NCBI GenBank assembly: GCA_963701965.1 | Contig: OY969695.1 | Span: 768,001-832,000, forward strand | Reading direction: 5' to 3' | From: an uncultured Gemmatimonadales bacterium | GTDB taxonomy: Bacteria; Gemmatimonadota; Gemmatimonadetes; Gemmatimonadales; Gemmatimonadaceae | Length of the DNA: 64,000 nt | Shown here: piece after piece, positions 27,474 through 38,148 of the stretch | How positions within the stretch are numbered: position 1 is the stretch's first letter | Layout of the letters: each line of letters begins with the position of its first letter | Notes under the pieces: model-generated | Seen by the model: the letters and a program-made list of their open reading frames with translations, nothing else | The model's database searches: none | What the model was told of the DNA's origin: nothing | Position numbers and translations under genes: made by a program

Positions 27474-29384
27474 CTACATGGCGGGGGCTTTCAGGTACTG
27501 ATCGAACCAACGCACGGTCCGTTCCAGCATATCCCGCCGGTGCGCGGGATTTCGGAAGCCGTGGCCTTCGTCCGGATACACGATGAGCTCTGACGTGACG
27601 CCGTTTTGCTTCACCCCACGCCAGAACTCGAACGATTGCGGAGCGGGACACTCGACGTCGCGCTCGCCGGCCATGACCATCGTCGGGGTACGCACCTGCT
27701 TGATGAAGTTGATCGGCGAGCTCTTGGCGTAGACGTCCGGATTGTCGTACACATAGGCGCCGAAGTACGGCAGCATCCACTCATTGATACCGTTCTCGCC
27801 GGTGTAGCTCACAAAGTCGGAGACGCCTGCACCGGCCAACGCGGCTTTAAACCGCGTGGTCTGCGTCACGGCCCACATGGTCATGTACCCACCGTAGCTC
27901 CAGCCGGTGAGACCTAACCGCGCGCTATCAACCGGAAAGCGCCGGATGACCGTATCGACGCCGGCCATGATATCGCGCAGATCGCCATAGCCAAAGTCTT
28001 TCACATTGGCTCGTGTGAACGCCTCACCTTGGCCATAACTGCCGCGCGGGTTGGGCATGAAAACGAAATAGCCTTGTCGCGAGAGCGCCCCGGCAATCGC
28101 TTGCTCGGACATCCACCGCCCGGCCTGAGCCTCCGCAGGACCACCGTGCACCTGCACGATCATGGGGTAGTGTTGCCCCGGAGTGAAAGTCGCCGGGTAG
28201 ACGAGCCAGCCCTGCACGGTGAACGCATCGCTTTTCCATTCGACGCTCTCGGCTTTGCCATACGCCGGCGTGACACCGGCGTTGACGTGCGTTAGCTGCT
28301 CCAAATGCGCCCCCGAGCTAACCCAGATCTCTGGCGCTTCGGCGAACGACTCGTGTTCGACAGCGATCGTCTGGCCGTCGCGGGAGACGGACGCCGATGG
28401 GATGGGGCCACCATCAGTCGTCAGATGAGCGTTCAGCCGGTATAGCACTTTCGCCGTCCCGCTGCGGCTATCCAGCGTTTCGATTTCGGTACCGGCACTC
28501 GCCCAGGCCGTGACGACCAGCTGGTGGGCAACCGTTGTCCATGCCAGATCTGACGGGGATGTCGTGATGCCCTGGGTGATGTTTCGGGGTTCTCCCCCGG
28601 TCGCCGAGACCACCCAGACGTCGCCTCCGGTGACGCCCTGATCGCTCATGATCCCGCCGATGTAGGCGATCTCCGAGCCGTCCGACGACCACCTGGGCAC
28701 GGCGATCTGCGTGGTCGGGCGGGCAATCTCTATTGGAGTACCCGAATCGACCGGCGCTGCATACAGACGGGCTGTCCACCAGTTGTTGTTGCCCGACCCC
28801 GTGGCGGCGCTGATGACGAGCTTGCGGGCATCCGGCGCCCAATCGAACTCGTACACGTAGAGGTCAGCGGGCGTGATGATGCGTAAAAGCCCCGTCTCGA
28901 GATTGACGACGGCGAGATGCTGCCGCTCGACCTGATCACCAATCACGCCGGTGTCCCGCGGCGACGCTTGCGTCGGCCCGAACGCGATCTCCTCGGGCTT
29001 GGAGTACAGCATGGCCAGGGTCTTACCGTCCGGCGAGAAGCGTAAGTCCTGCGCCTCGCCGGGGATGGTCGCAATGACCCTGCTCTGACCGTCGGTGATC
29101 GATGCGAGAGTCAGCGCGCCGCCAGGCGCGAGAAACGCGACCGACTTGCTGTCGGGCGACCATTCGAGGCTGGACGCGGCCCCAAAGGTGCGAAGCGGCG
29201 CGCGGGGTGACCGGCGGTCCAAAATCACCACACCGGGAGCGCCCGTACGCGACGAGTCGGTTGGGTTGGGTCCTATCCACGCCACGAGCCGTCCATCGGG
29301 CGAGATCGAGACGTCGGCGAATCGGCGCGCCGCGTGGGTCGGCGGCGGCACCAAAAGGGCGGAGAGTAGAAGAAGAACATGCAT
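27474..29384 (-). CDS. S9 family (prolyl oligo/acylaminoacyl) peptidase, secreted
   Basis: Signal peptide, PD40-like repeats, HGGP, GWSYGG and EGHG motifs. Confidence 0.93.
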   Translation of the reverse strand: MHVLLLLSALLVPPPTHAARRFADVSISPDGRLVAWIGPNPTDSSRTGAPGVVILDRRSPRAPLRTFGAASSLEWSPDSKSVAFLAPGGALTLASITDGQSRVIATIPGEAQDLRFSPDGKTLAMLYSKPEEIAFGPTQASPRDTGVIGDQVERQHLAVVNLETGLLRIITPADLYVYEFDWAPDARKLVISAATGSGNNNWWTARLYAAPVDSGTPIEIARPTTQIAVPRWSSDGSEIAYIGGIMSDQGVTGGDVWVVSATGGEPRNITQGITTSPSDLAWTTVAHQLVVTAWASAGTEIETLDSRSGTAKVLYRLNAHLTTDGGPIPSASVSRDGQTIAVEHESFAEAPEIWVSSGAHLEQLTHVNAGVTPAYGKAESVEWKSDAFTVQGWLVYPATFTPGQHYPMIVQVHGGPAEAQAGRWMSEQAIAGALSRQGYFVFMPNPRGSYGQGEAFTRANVKDFGYGDLRDIMAGVDTVIRRFPVDSARLGLTGWSYGGYMTMWAVTQTTRFKAALAGAGVSDFVSYTGENGINEWMLPYFGAYVYDNPDVYAKSSPINFIKQVRTPTMVMAGERDVECPAPQSFEFWRGVKQNGVTSELIVYPDEGHGFRNPAHRRDMLERTVRWFDQYLKAPAM

Positions 29385-29529
29385 ATTGCGTGAGGTTGAC
29401 GTCGAGGTTGGTCGTAGCCACAGGCTATCGCCGTTCCCATCGCCACGCAAGGGGTCGGCCCAGCGTCGCCGCTCACTCGCCGTGCTTTGCGATCCAAAGC
29501 TCAGGCGTCTGTCACCGTTGGCACACATG

Positions 29530-29618
29530 CAAATCCGCGCGACCAACTCAAGCGAGTTAGCCGCGCGGATTTGTTGTCAATTTGTATAGCGGGGGCGGGA
29601 TTTGAACCCGCGACCTTC
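29530..29618. repeat. att direct repeat, distal copy (tRNA-fMet 3' part plus terminator)
   Basis: 89 bp identical to 45222-45310. Confidence 0.95.
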
Positions 29619-29882
29619 CGGTACCGACTAGACCGTTTCAGTGCTACGTCGCGGCGAATCAACGCGCGTTTGGCGCGAAACGCGCTCCGCGGCGGCCGGA
29701 ATAGGGCGAAAGTCGCTCCGAAAGTGTCAGGAAAAATCGGAGTCGCTGCGCTCATGAGCCGGGCGCAATTCTATCACAATTGTGCTCCTGTGTTGTCCGA
29801 GCGGTCGACGACCGCCCGCACGCGTTCAGGGAGCCGCGCAACCAGCAACCACCCCGCGGCCCGCGCGGCAGCAATCGCCGCC

Positions 29883-32800
29883 TCAATCGCCTCGCGCGTC
29901 AGAATGAGACGGTTTTGGCTGAGGAATACCTGTCGGTTGGCACACCAATCGATACTCGCAGCGACGACACTTGCACTCGTCCCAACTCGGGCGCGGGAGA
30001 TCGCGCCCGCGCCGTACCCTGTCGCGTAGCATGTCTACGACCATAGAGACCCGTATGCGCCAGTCGTTCAACCAGGCTGGCGTGATCGATATAACGCGAG
30101 ACTCGCCAACGCTGGTGAAGAAGAATACGAACTCCCGCAACTGCTCCACGCCGACCACCTCGGCAAACGCGAGTGCATACACAGCCGCCTGGATCTCGTA
30201 TTCCTTGAATTCCAGATCGAGAACGCGACCTAACTCAGGACCGGACACGTGATAGATGCCGGTCTTGGCATCAAGTATCCGCCAACCGTCGCGCTCTTGC
30301 CACACGCAGTCCAGTGTACCACGGAGCCGGATGTCCTCCCGCAGTTTGGCGACGAACGGTACCTCTCGATTCCGTCGGATCGCCCCCGCAATCCGACCGT
30401 TCCACTCACTCGCGAGGTAGTGTTCGGCGTGCCGCAGCAACGCCGCGATGTTGAGAGTCGCCTCTTCATCCGACATAGGCCGATGGCGTAGTAAGGCTCG
30501 CTTCATGGCGGCAGCCTGGCCCGCCTTGTCAGCATCAGGTTCCAACAGTTGCAAGAACTCGTGCAGTATCTGTCCGAGTGCCGCGGGTGCGATATTCTCA
30601 ATCACCGGGCCTTCCGCCACTGCCTCGATCTTGTTTGTCGATAGACTTGTCACGTAGCCGTAGTGATGCTTCCAGTCGCAGGATGCAAACTGCATCAGTT
30701 CACTCGCGCCAAACTCCGTCCGGAGGGGAGACCGGTCGAAGAGCGACCCCGCCCGATCCGTGACTGACTTGGGCCATGGCTGAGGCTCCGATGTCGGCGC
30801 CGCCGGGGGCGAGCCTGCGGAACGATCTACCGGTTTCGCTAACCATTCGCGCGGCCGGGTCTTGCTAATGGCTTGGATAGCCAGTGCAGGCGGCCCGCCG
30901 AGACCGCCTTCGAGTGTCGGCGGAAGACTCCGCGTCGCCTCCAAGCCGCGAAGAATGGGCGCCGCCCAACCGGCGGCCTTCTGCCCATTCGAGGCCCCGT
31001 ACTTGAACTCAGATTCACTCCCTCGAATCGCCGGATATAAATAACGCAACCAGTGGTCGACGCCACTCTTCGATCGCCATTCGCCTTTGGGATGCAGTGA
31101 ATAGGCCTCGTGAAGGGAGGGAGCCCCTGCAAGAATGAGTCGGTCTCGTGCGCGCGTGGCCGCCACGTAGAACAGCCGTTTTGCTTCAGCGTAGTCACGG
31201 GCCATCGCGGCTTCCTCGTAACGTTCCCAAATTCGGGATGGCTCCAACACGGGCGATTGAGAGCGCTCGTCGCGGAGCACAAGCCGCGTCGGGAGCGCAA
31301 CGCCGATCTTGGGCGCGAGGCCGACATGGCCTTCCCCAGGTTTACGGCAGAGCTTTTCTTCTAGCCCCGTGAGAAAGACATACGGCCACTCCAGCCCTTT
31401 CGCCTTATGCACGGTCGATATGACTACCACGTCATTGTCCGGCGTATAGATCGGCGCCTCATCCTCGGGCTCAGCGCGACGCACACGCGCGCCGATGCTC
31501 TCGACAAAGTGAGCTAGAGGCTCGCTCCCCCCAGTGCGCACGATTCGTAGAAACTTGTCGATATTGCGAAGCCCGGCTGGCGCGTCCGGTGCACCAGACA
31601 AGAACACCCGATACGCGGTCTCGGTGATAGCCACGTCAAGCAGCTGATGGTGTGGCAGCCTGTCCTTCAGGCCTATGAGGAGTTGCAGCAAGGCCAGCGC
31701 GTCCTCGACACGGCGGAGGCGCACCGCATTCGTTACGAACGCAGACGCTCCCTTGAGCGCGTCGAACAGCGACGCACTGCCGGCCTTCGTAGGCGGGCCT
31801 TTTCTGGAAGTCGCTTGCGTCAGCTCGAAAAGCGCGAGATCGTCCACTCCCCCAAGAGGCGAGCGCAGGAACGCCGCCAGGACCACCGGATCCACCGGAT
31901 CGGCCACGGCGCGAAGCAGGTTGACTAGGTCCTGAATTTCGGGGCGGGCATACAGGCCACGCCCGCCGTAGACGTAACAATCAATTCCGCGCTGCCGCAG
32001 CTCCCGTTCGTATACATTGGCTGAACTGACAAGCGCGCGAGACAGAATAGCGACATCCCGCTCGCGCAGGGGCCGCGCATGTTCCGAACCAGCCGAAGCC
32101 GGATCGCGCTCGAACACGGGAAAGTCCCCGCGATGGTCAAGCATGGTCCGGATACGTTCCGCGACGAGCGGCGCTGTTGCCGACGCCCCACCACCTCCTG
32201 GCGCCAGAAGGAGTTCGATTGCAACACCCGGCGTCTCCGAACGGCCAGACACAAGCGCCCGGTATGGCACATCGAACGTCATCCGAGTAGCCTCGTCCTC
32301 ACGACCCATAATCTGCTGCATGCAATCGTCAACGAACGCGATCAGGGCAGGGCGGCTCCGCTGCGAAACCGTCAAGGCGCGAGTCGTTCCGCCTGCGCGC
32401 ACCAGTATTCGGCGGGTGGCGGTCCACAAGGAGATGTCTGCTTGACGAAAGCCATAGATGCTCTGTTTTGGATCACCCACACAGATGAATCGCGGGCTCG
32501 GCGGACCACCGGGCTGACGGGCAGCGGCGGAGACCCCCGAGAGTCGCATAAGAAGTTCAGCTTGCGGACGGCTCGTGTCCTGATGTTCATCGACTAACAT
32601 CAGCCGCACCCGCGACTGGAACGCATTCTGCACCGTGGGCTCGTTCGCGAGCCGTGCTGCCTCCAGCACCACGTGATTATGGTCGAGCGCCCCGCGCATT
32701 TTCAAGCGCGCGACATACTGTCGTTCCGCCTTCGTGACAAGATGCAGGACGTCGCGCGCGTAGGGCTCGAGGAGCAGATCAGTCGCTGTCACCTTGACGA

Positions 32801-33497
32801 GCTCCCGCCAGGCCACCGGCCGTGCCTCCGGCCGCTCGGCAATGTCACGGAGGAGTGCTGCTTGCCCAATCAGTTCTGCCAGCAGCTCCCGAGACCGCAC
32901 GTACCCATAATGCCGTACGAAGAAGAGCGCCCCCGAGTCGCCCGCCCGGACACCGCTGAGAATTTCTGCGGCGGCCACTTCGGCCTGCAGCTCCGACGCC
33001 TCGCCGCCCTCCAAGATCTCGAATCCAGTTTCGATGCCGAGGATGGCACCATGGTCCCGCACGATACGGCCCGCAAACGAGTCGATGGTCCCCACAGCCA
33101 CATCATCGAGCAGAAACGCCTGCCTGGCCCATCGCTCGCGGTCACGGCCTTCAGCCGCGCCGGCACGCTGAATGAGCTGTCGACGCAATCGGTCACGGAT
33201 CTCGGCGGCTGCTTTCCTCGCGAATGTGATAGCCACAACTCCGTCGATGTCCAGTGCGGCCGGCGGGCCATGGCCAAGCTCCGGATAAAAACCCAATTCA
33301 TATAAGATCTTCGCTACAAGCAGCGTCGTCTTCCCCGTTCCTGCTCCAGCCTCGACGAGTTGGTGCCCACTGCAGTCAAGGACGACGGCCAGTTGCTCTG
33401 GTGTGAGCAACTTCGTCGGAAGAACGCCGCATTGCGCATCCGGTAGCGTGTCCGTAAGTGACGCCGCCGATGCGTGTCGCTCGTCCCAGGAACTCAT
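29883..33497 (-). CDS. AddA-like UvrD/SF1A helicase with C-terminal PD-(D/E)XK nuclease
   Basis: AGAGTGKT, DEHQDTS, GDPKQSIYGFR, HKAKGLE, YVAATRARD, then LDC...DAKTG...QAAVY and CRRCEYRLVC. ATG at 33497 overlaps the upstream stop. Confidence 0.88.
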   Translation of the reverse strand: MSSWDERHASAASLTDTLPDAQCGVLPTKLLTPEQLAVVLDCSGHQLVEAGAGTGKTTLLVAKILYELGFYPELGHGPPAALDIDGVVAITFARKAAAEIRDRLRRQLIQRAGAAEGRDRERWARQAFLLDDVAVGTIDSFAGRIVRDHGAILGIETGFEILEGGEASELQAEVAAAEILSGVRAGDSGALFFVRHYGYVRSRELLAELIGQAALLRDIAERPEARPVAWRELVKVTATDLLLEPYARDVLHLVTKAERQYVARLKMRGALDHNHVVLEAARLANEPTVQNAFQSRVRLMLVDEHQDTSRPQAELLMRLSGVSAAARQPGGPPSPRFICVGDPKQSIYGFRQADISLWTATRRILVRAGGTTRALTVSQRSRPALIAFVDDCMQQIMGREDEATRMTFDVPYRALVSGRSETPGVAIELLLAPGGGGASATAPLVAERIRTMLDHRGDFPVFERDPASAGSEHARPLRERDVAILSRALVSSANVYERELRQRGIDCYVYGGRGLYARPEIQDLVNLLRAVADPVDPVVLAAFLRSPLGGVDDLALFELTQATSRKGPPTKAGSASLFDALKGASAFVTNAVRLRRVEDALALLQLLIGLKDRLPHHQLLDVAITETAYRVFLSGAPDAPAGLRNIDKFLRIVRTGGSEPLAHFVESIGARVRRAEPEDEAPIYTPDNDVVVISTVHKAKGLEWPYVFLTGLEEKLCRKPGEGHVGLAPKIGVALPTRLVLRDERSQSPVLEPSRIWERYEEAAMARDYAEAKRLFYVAATRARDRLILAGAPSLHEAYSLHPKGEWRSKSGVDHWLRYLYPAIRGSESEFKYGASNGQKAAGWAAPILRGLEATRSLPPTLEGGLGGPPALAIQAISKTRPREWLAKPVDRSAGSPPAAPTSEPQPWPKSVTDRAGSLFDRSPLRTEFGASELMQFASCDWKHHYGYVTSLSTNKIEAVAEGPVIENIAPAALGQILHEFLQLLEPDADKAGQAAAMKRALLRHRPMSDEEATLNIAALLRHAEHYLASEWNGRIAGAIRRNREVPFVAKLREDIRLRGTLDCVWQERDGWRILDAKTGIYHVSGPELGRVLDLEFKEYEIQAAVYALAFAEVVGVEQLREFVFFFTSVGESRVISITPAWLNDWRIRVSMVVDMLRDRVRRGRDLPRPSWDECKCRRCEYRLVCQPTGIPQPKPSHSDARGD

Positions 33498-36400
33498 TGT
33501 GCCCGCTGCGGTTGCCGGTCGCCAGACACTGCCTGCGTCGCGGCATTGAAGTCTGGCAAGGAGACAGCGACAGGCATCGGCGACCGACCACGTCCGGGAG
33601 CCATGTGGGGCGTCTTTGACGCTCGGCACACCTCTCCTAACGGACAGCCAAAGCAGTCTCGATCTGCCTGCGGAACGAAATCCCCACCGCGCATCCCGCC
33701 AACGAGATCCGCCGCGCGCTTGGACGCGGCGGCAGCAGCAGCGATGATGGGATCCTTTCGCCCATTGTACCATGGGTCGAGTGTCAGTCCGTTGCCATGG
33801 ACGGAAAGCGTCGCGGCAGCAAAGAGGCGAGGGTCGGCGTTTAGCGCCGTGTGCATCTCCACCGAAGCCGAACACGCGCTTGCGGAAGTGCGATGCCGCT
33901 ATCCGAGCATAGAGAGGCAATTGTAATTCGCGCCCAGCGAGATACGCCTCACGCTCACGCTTCAGGCGCCAGCCGCGCGGGTCGCGTGCGGTTTTGTAGT
34001 CCCGAAGGATCAACATTCCCTGCACTGCGTTCGGGAGCCTCGGGTCACGGATCGCTTCCACGCGGTCGATCTTGCCGTGGAGACGAAAACGTATTCCGCC
34101 TTCAGATATCACTACTGGGGCGCCATATCCCACACGCGCCTCCACCGCCACAAGATCTGTCGCGATCATAAGCGACCTCGCGTCAGTCGCTGCCGCTAGC
34201 ATGCCTGAGAGGTCGCGACGGACGAAGTCGCGCAACACGTCAACGACGAACTCCCGATCAAGCTCTCGCAGCTCATCGTGGGCGGAGGGCGTTGACTCTT
34301 GCACGCAACTCCCCGCGACGGCCGCCAGACGAGCCAAGGCGGCGCTGATGTCCCCCGCGTGCCGTGGCGGAAGCATTCCATCGCGCGCCAGGTCGCGGTA
34401 CAGCCGCTCAAGAATGGCGTGTTGTAGCGTGCCAAACGCGGCAGCCTCGTTGTAATCCTCAGGATCGTCGCCTCCGCGTAAGCCTAGAAGGCGGGTCGCG
34501 AAGAACCGGAAGTGACACCGCTCGTAGAGTGCGAGCTCGCTTGGACTGAACGTCGCGTCGTCAGAGGCGATGTCTTCTGGAATCGCTGCCACGGGGAAAC
34601 GGCCAGCGAACGACGCACTAAGCCCCCCTATCGCCCCATGACTGAGTCGCGCATGTTGAGCGTCCCACAAATCGAGAACGCGCTCGGTCGCGCCGCTGGT
34701 GAGCCATGCGGCCAAGAGAGGATCCGCGGCGATAACGTCGCGGACTGCGCCGGCAGCGGCAGGCGGCGTCATTGGCCGTCGATGAACGTATTCGCGGTAA
34801 CGCGTTGCAGCCAACGCATTAACATTTGCCCATGCGTGGACATCCTCCACCCTGGTCGGCATTAGTTCCCTCGCCGCGAGCTGAATGACTCGAAACCCGG
34901 CCAATCGAAGTGGCACCGCGTTCACGAAGAGCGATGGCACGAGCGCCTTGCCCCGTTGGTCGGACGCAGGGGCGAGCAACACAAGTGCCTCCCTCGCGGT
35001 GGCAACCGCGAGATGAAACAAGTGGCGCTCCCTCGCGGCGCGATCCTCATTGGTCGGCAACCGCAGGGCGCGACGTTCCAGGTCCGACACGACATGCTCA
35101 TTGAGATCGGCACGAATCGGGAATTCGCCCTCGGCGAGCCCTACCACGTAGACATGTCGCCAGCTGCGAAATGCCGCATCGTGCGGATCAACCACGTGCA
35201 CCGCCTCGCGCGGATACGTCGTGTTCCGCACGAGCGTCGCACGCGACAGGGCGTCCAGCTCCTCCAGCCAGGCAGCCGCGTCCATCGGAGTGTCCGCCAA
35301 CGCTGCCACCTGCCGTCCGAGGAGCCACTCGGATGCGGCCTGCGTCAGCGCATTTAATCCATCAATGTCGTCGCGAGCGAGTTCGGCACGCCGGTCGTGG
35401 GGAATGCGTTCGTCGCCCACCGTAACGCGTTCGATGGGGAGCCATCTCGCGATGACATTCCGGAGCGATTCGACCCAGGTTGATGGACGTTGCGTAGCGG
35501 CAGCGCCGGTTGCCGCAGCGAGACCGTCCACAAAAGTACGGAACGCGGTCGCCAGCCCATGGAGCTCATCCACGGCCGCTAGGGACTGGTTCCGGGCATC
35601 GTTCTCAAGAAGCCCGAACCAGCCTGCGGCGCCGGTCGCGGGCGATGCCCCGTCAGCAATGTGTCCCAAGAGCGTCGTGTTGAGACCCAACGCGAGATAC
35701 GGCGACCCCGCAGCCGCCAGCACGTCTCGCACGTGCCAGTTGCCTGCGACGAGGCGAAAGACCAGGATCGCAGCACGTACGGCCGGTATGGCGGCCAACG
35801 CCGTCTGGCTGGATGCCTAGGCAGGCAGCCCCCGATCCGTCAGCGCTTGCACAACATTGGTCGCGATGTCCTCTGTGCGACGCGCAATGATTGCGACGTC
35901 GCTAGATCTCAACGTCGGGTCGGTGAGCAGAGATCGCTTTATTTCGTTCGCGAGCCAATCGATTTGTAGCTGACGGTCGGGAACGACAACAGCCCGCACC
36001 GCCCCCGTAAGAGCCGCTGGTGGACGTCTATACGCAAAGGGATCAGTCGCGAGCGCATGGAGGTCCGGGGCCACCCGTTGGCTTCCTGAAACTATGGTCC
36101 GCACGCTTCCACCCAGGTCAGACCAGCGATTGACAAGTGCGTCGTTGGCGTGGGTGGGCCACGCCGAGACCAAGGCCTCGTCGGGCATGACCAGAGCTAG
36201 ACGAACCCGTGACACATCCGCGCGTACGCAAAGACCGGCGGCGAGGCGGATGCCGACATCCATGGGACTTACGGCGTCGAATCCCAGGAAGGTGAATGAG
36301 CTGACGCCAAACGGCGGGGGCACGAGTCTCGCCTGTTCGGCCGCGCTGATGGCGCGACCCTTTGGACCAACGAACGCCTCGGCACGCATCGCTGCAGGTA

Positions 36401-36901
36401 ACGGCGGTAGACCTCTGCCAGGACCGATGCGCGGTCCGACAACGCTGGCACGCCAGGATTCTGACCCCGAAGTGCCTCCTCGAGGGCCTCTGCCGTCCAG
36501 CCAAAGGGTTCTAAGTCCGCGAAGAGACGGGTGAGCGAGCGGAGCGTGGCGTCGCCGACCCGTGACCCAACAACGTTGCCCTTGAAACGTTTTCCGCCAG
36601 ACTCGGCATGCAGATCGAGAATGATGGCCGCAATGACCTGTCGCACCTGGAGCGCCGTCAACGTTCGCGACGGATCCAACTGCAGCGCATAGTGCTCGAC
36701 GAGCGAGTCGAGACTGACGACTTTTGGGCCCGCCCAGGCGCCAGACGGAACCATCTCCACCACTCGTTGGATCACGTCGCGCTGCAGCGGGACTCGTGCA
36801 ATCACCAGGCACGCGCGATCACCATCAGAAACGACGTCCGCGACGACCCGGTCCAAGAGGGCTGACGGATCTTCCGACGTCAGAAGTTCGAGTCGAAGCA
36901 T
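33494..36901 (-). CDS. AddB-like inactive helicase plus PD-(D/E)XK nuclease (interrupted: frameshifts ~36340 and ~33860, in-frame TAG at 35817-35819)
   Basis: SDVAIIAR, VVGLAEGEFP, FSPSEL..YERCHF, FGTLQHAILE, GKIDRVE, DYKT, QLPLY and CFGCPLGEVC, spread across four ORF pieces. Confidence 0.8.
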
Positions 36902-38148
36902 AGGCGCTATGTGGTCAAGGAGGACGCCGCTTCCACGGCCCGTGGTAGTTCACGACGTTCATTCGGCCCCGCCGGCCCAATCGGCCGCCAACCGGAAACC
37001 GCAACGCTTGCCGGCCGCGCGAATCCCCCGGCGGCGGTGGGTCATGATTTCGCCGGACAAGATGCATCGGGGTGACCCGGACGGTAAGATGCGCCGCCCG
37101 ACAAGGGGCGCACCGTGCGCCAGGTCACCAGCCATGCTAGCCTCCGGGCTTCGTTTGTCATCACCGGCGTGAACTTCAGCCGGCGTTGACACGCCCCAAT
37201 TCCGGTGAGGAGGCCGAGGCGCAGGTCGCTCGGTCCGCGGCCCGAGCTGGTCGGTGCGACGTGGAAATGCTCGACCGTCGCGCATCGGTCTCCGAATCCG
37301 CAGTCCCTGCGATGTCCGGTTAAGCCCTCACGCGCTGCATGTCCGACGGTATGTCCGATAGGGGCGGGTGGACTCCTGCCCGCCGGCATTGGTACGGTGT
37401 CGTAGCGAGCCATCTTCGCTCGCCTCGCCACGTACGGGCCGGCGAACCGCGATCCACTTTCGAGTATGCGGTACGACGGATCCGATGGATCCGAGTCACT
37501 TGATGCGTTAGGTCACCGGCTGACGAGGCGTCCTGCTGGCACTGAACACGGCAGACCTCATTGACCCAGCGAGCGCACTCCAGAGATTCGCGCACTCCGA
37601 AGCTGCGGCCAGCGCGTTTGTCGACCTACGTGCAGCCGACACAACTTGCCTCGACCTGGACGGCGACCCGGACGCATTCAGGGCGCACCTCGCGTCTTTG
37701 TCTCAGACGTAGGACGCCATCAATCTTTCGGTTTTGCGGAAGTGTTGGTTGACTGGAACATCAATATGGAGAGGGCCTCGCAGCAGGCGCCGCCAACGCT
37801 GATCGCGAGCGTCCTGATCCCCCAGCCTTACCGCACGCAAGTCCGAGTGGCGCGACGGGGCCAGTTTGGACGCTGAGGGTCGGCCCGTCGCACCGGCCGA
37901 CGAGACGATGGACGGTGGATAATGCGACGGTCGGGACAAAGAGCAATAGCTGCACTCTGCCCCGTGACGGGCGAGAATTCCGGTACGGGCGACACTACGC
38001 AGCAGGCCGAAGTCGCCTGCCAGCGTGCTTGGCGCCTCGCCGCAACGACGACCAGCGGTGCTACGTGAGCGCGGCGGGGGCACGTGGCGCCTCCGTTCTC
38101 GGCGCCTGCTGCAGTGCCACGGAGACGAAACTTCCTCAGGGAGGCGTC

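Noticed and set aside
29883..35798. 1971-aa nuclease-helicase-nuclease fusion ORF
   Set aside because: It results from a frameshift near 33860. The AddB Cys motif continues in the 33494..33862 frame and ends in an ATGA overlap with the AddA start at 33497.
36902..38148. ORFs between addB and the J-domain gene
   Set aside because: They are short, overlapping and motif-free, probably decayed or non-coding sequence.
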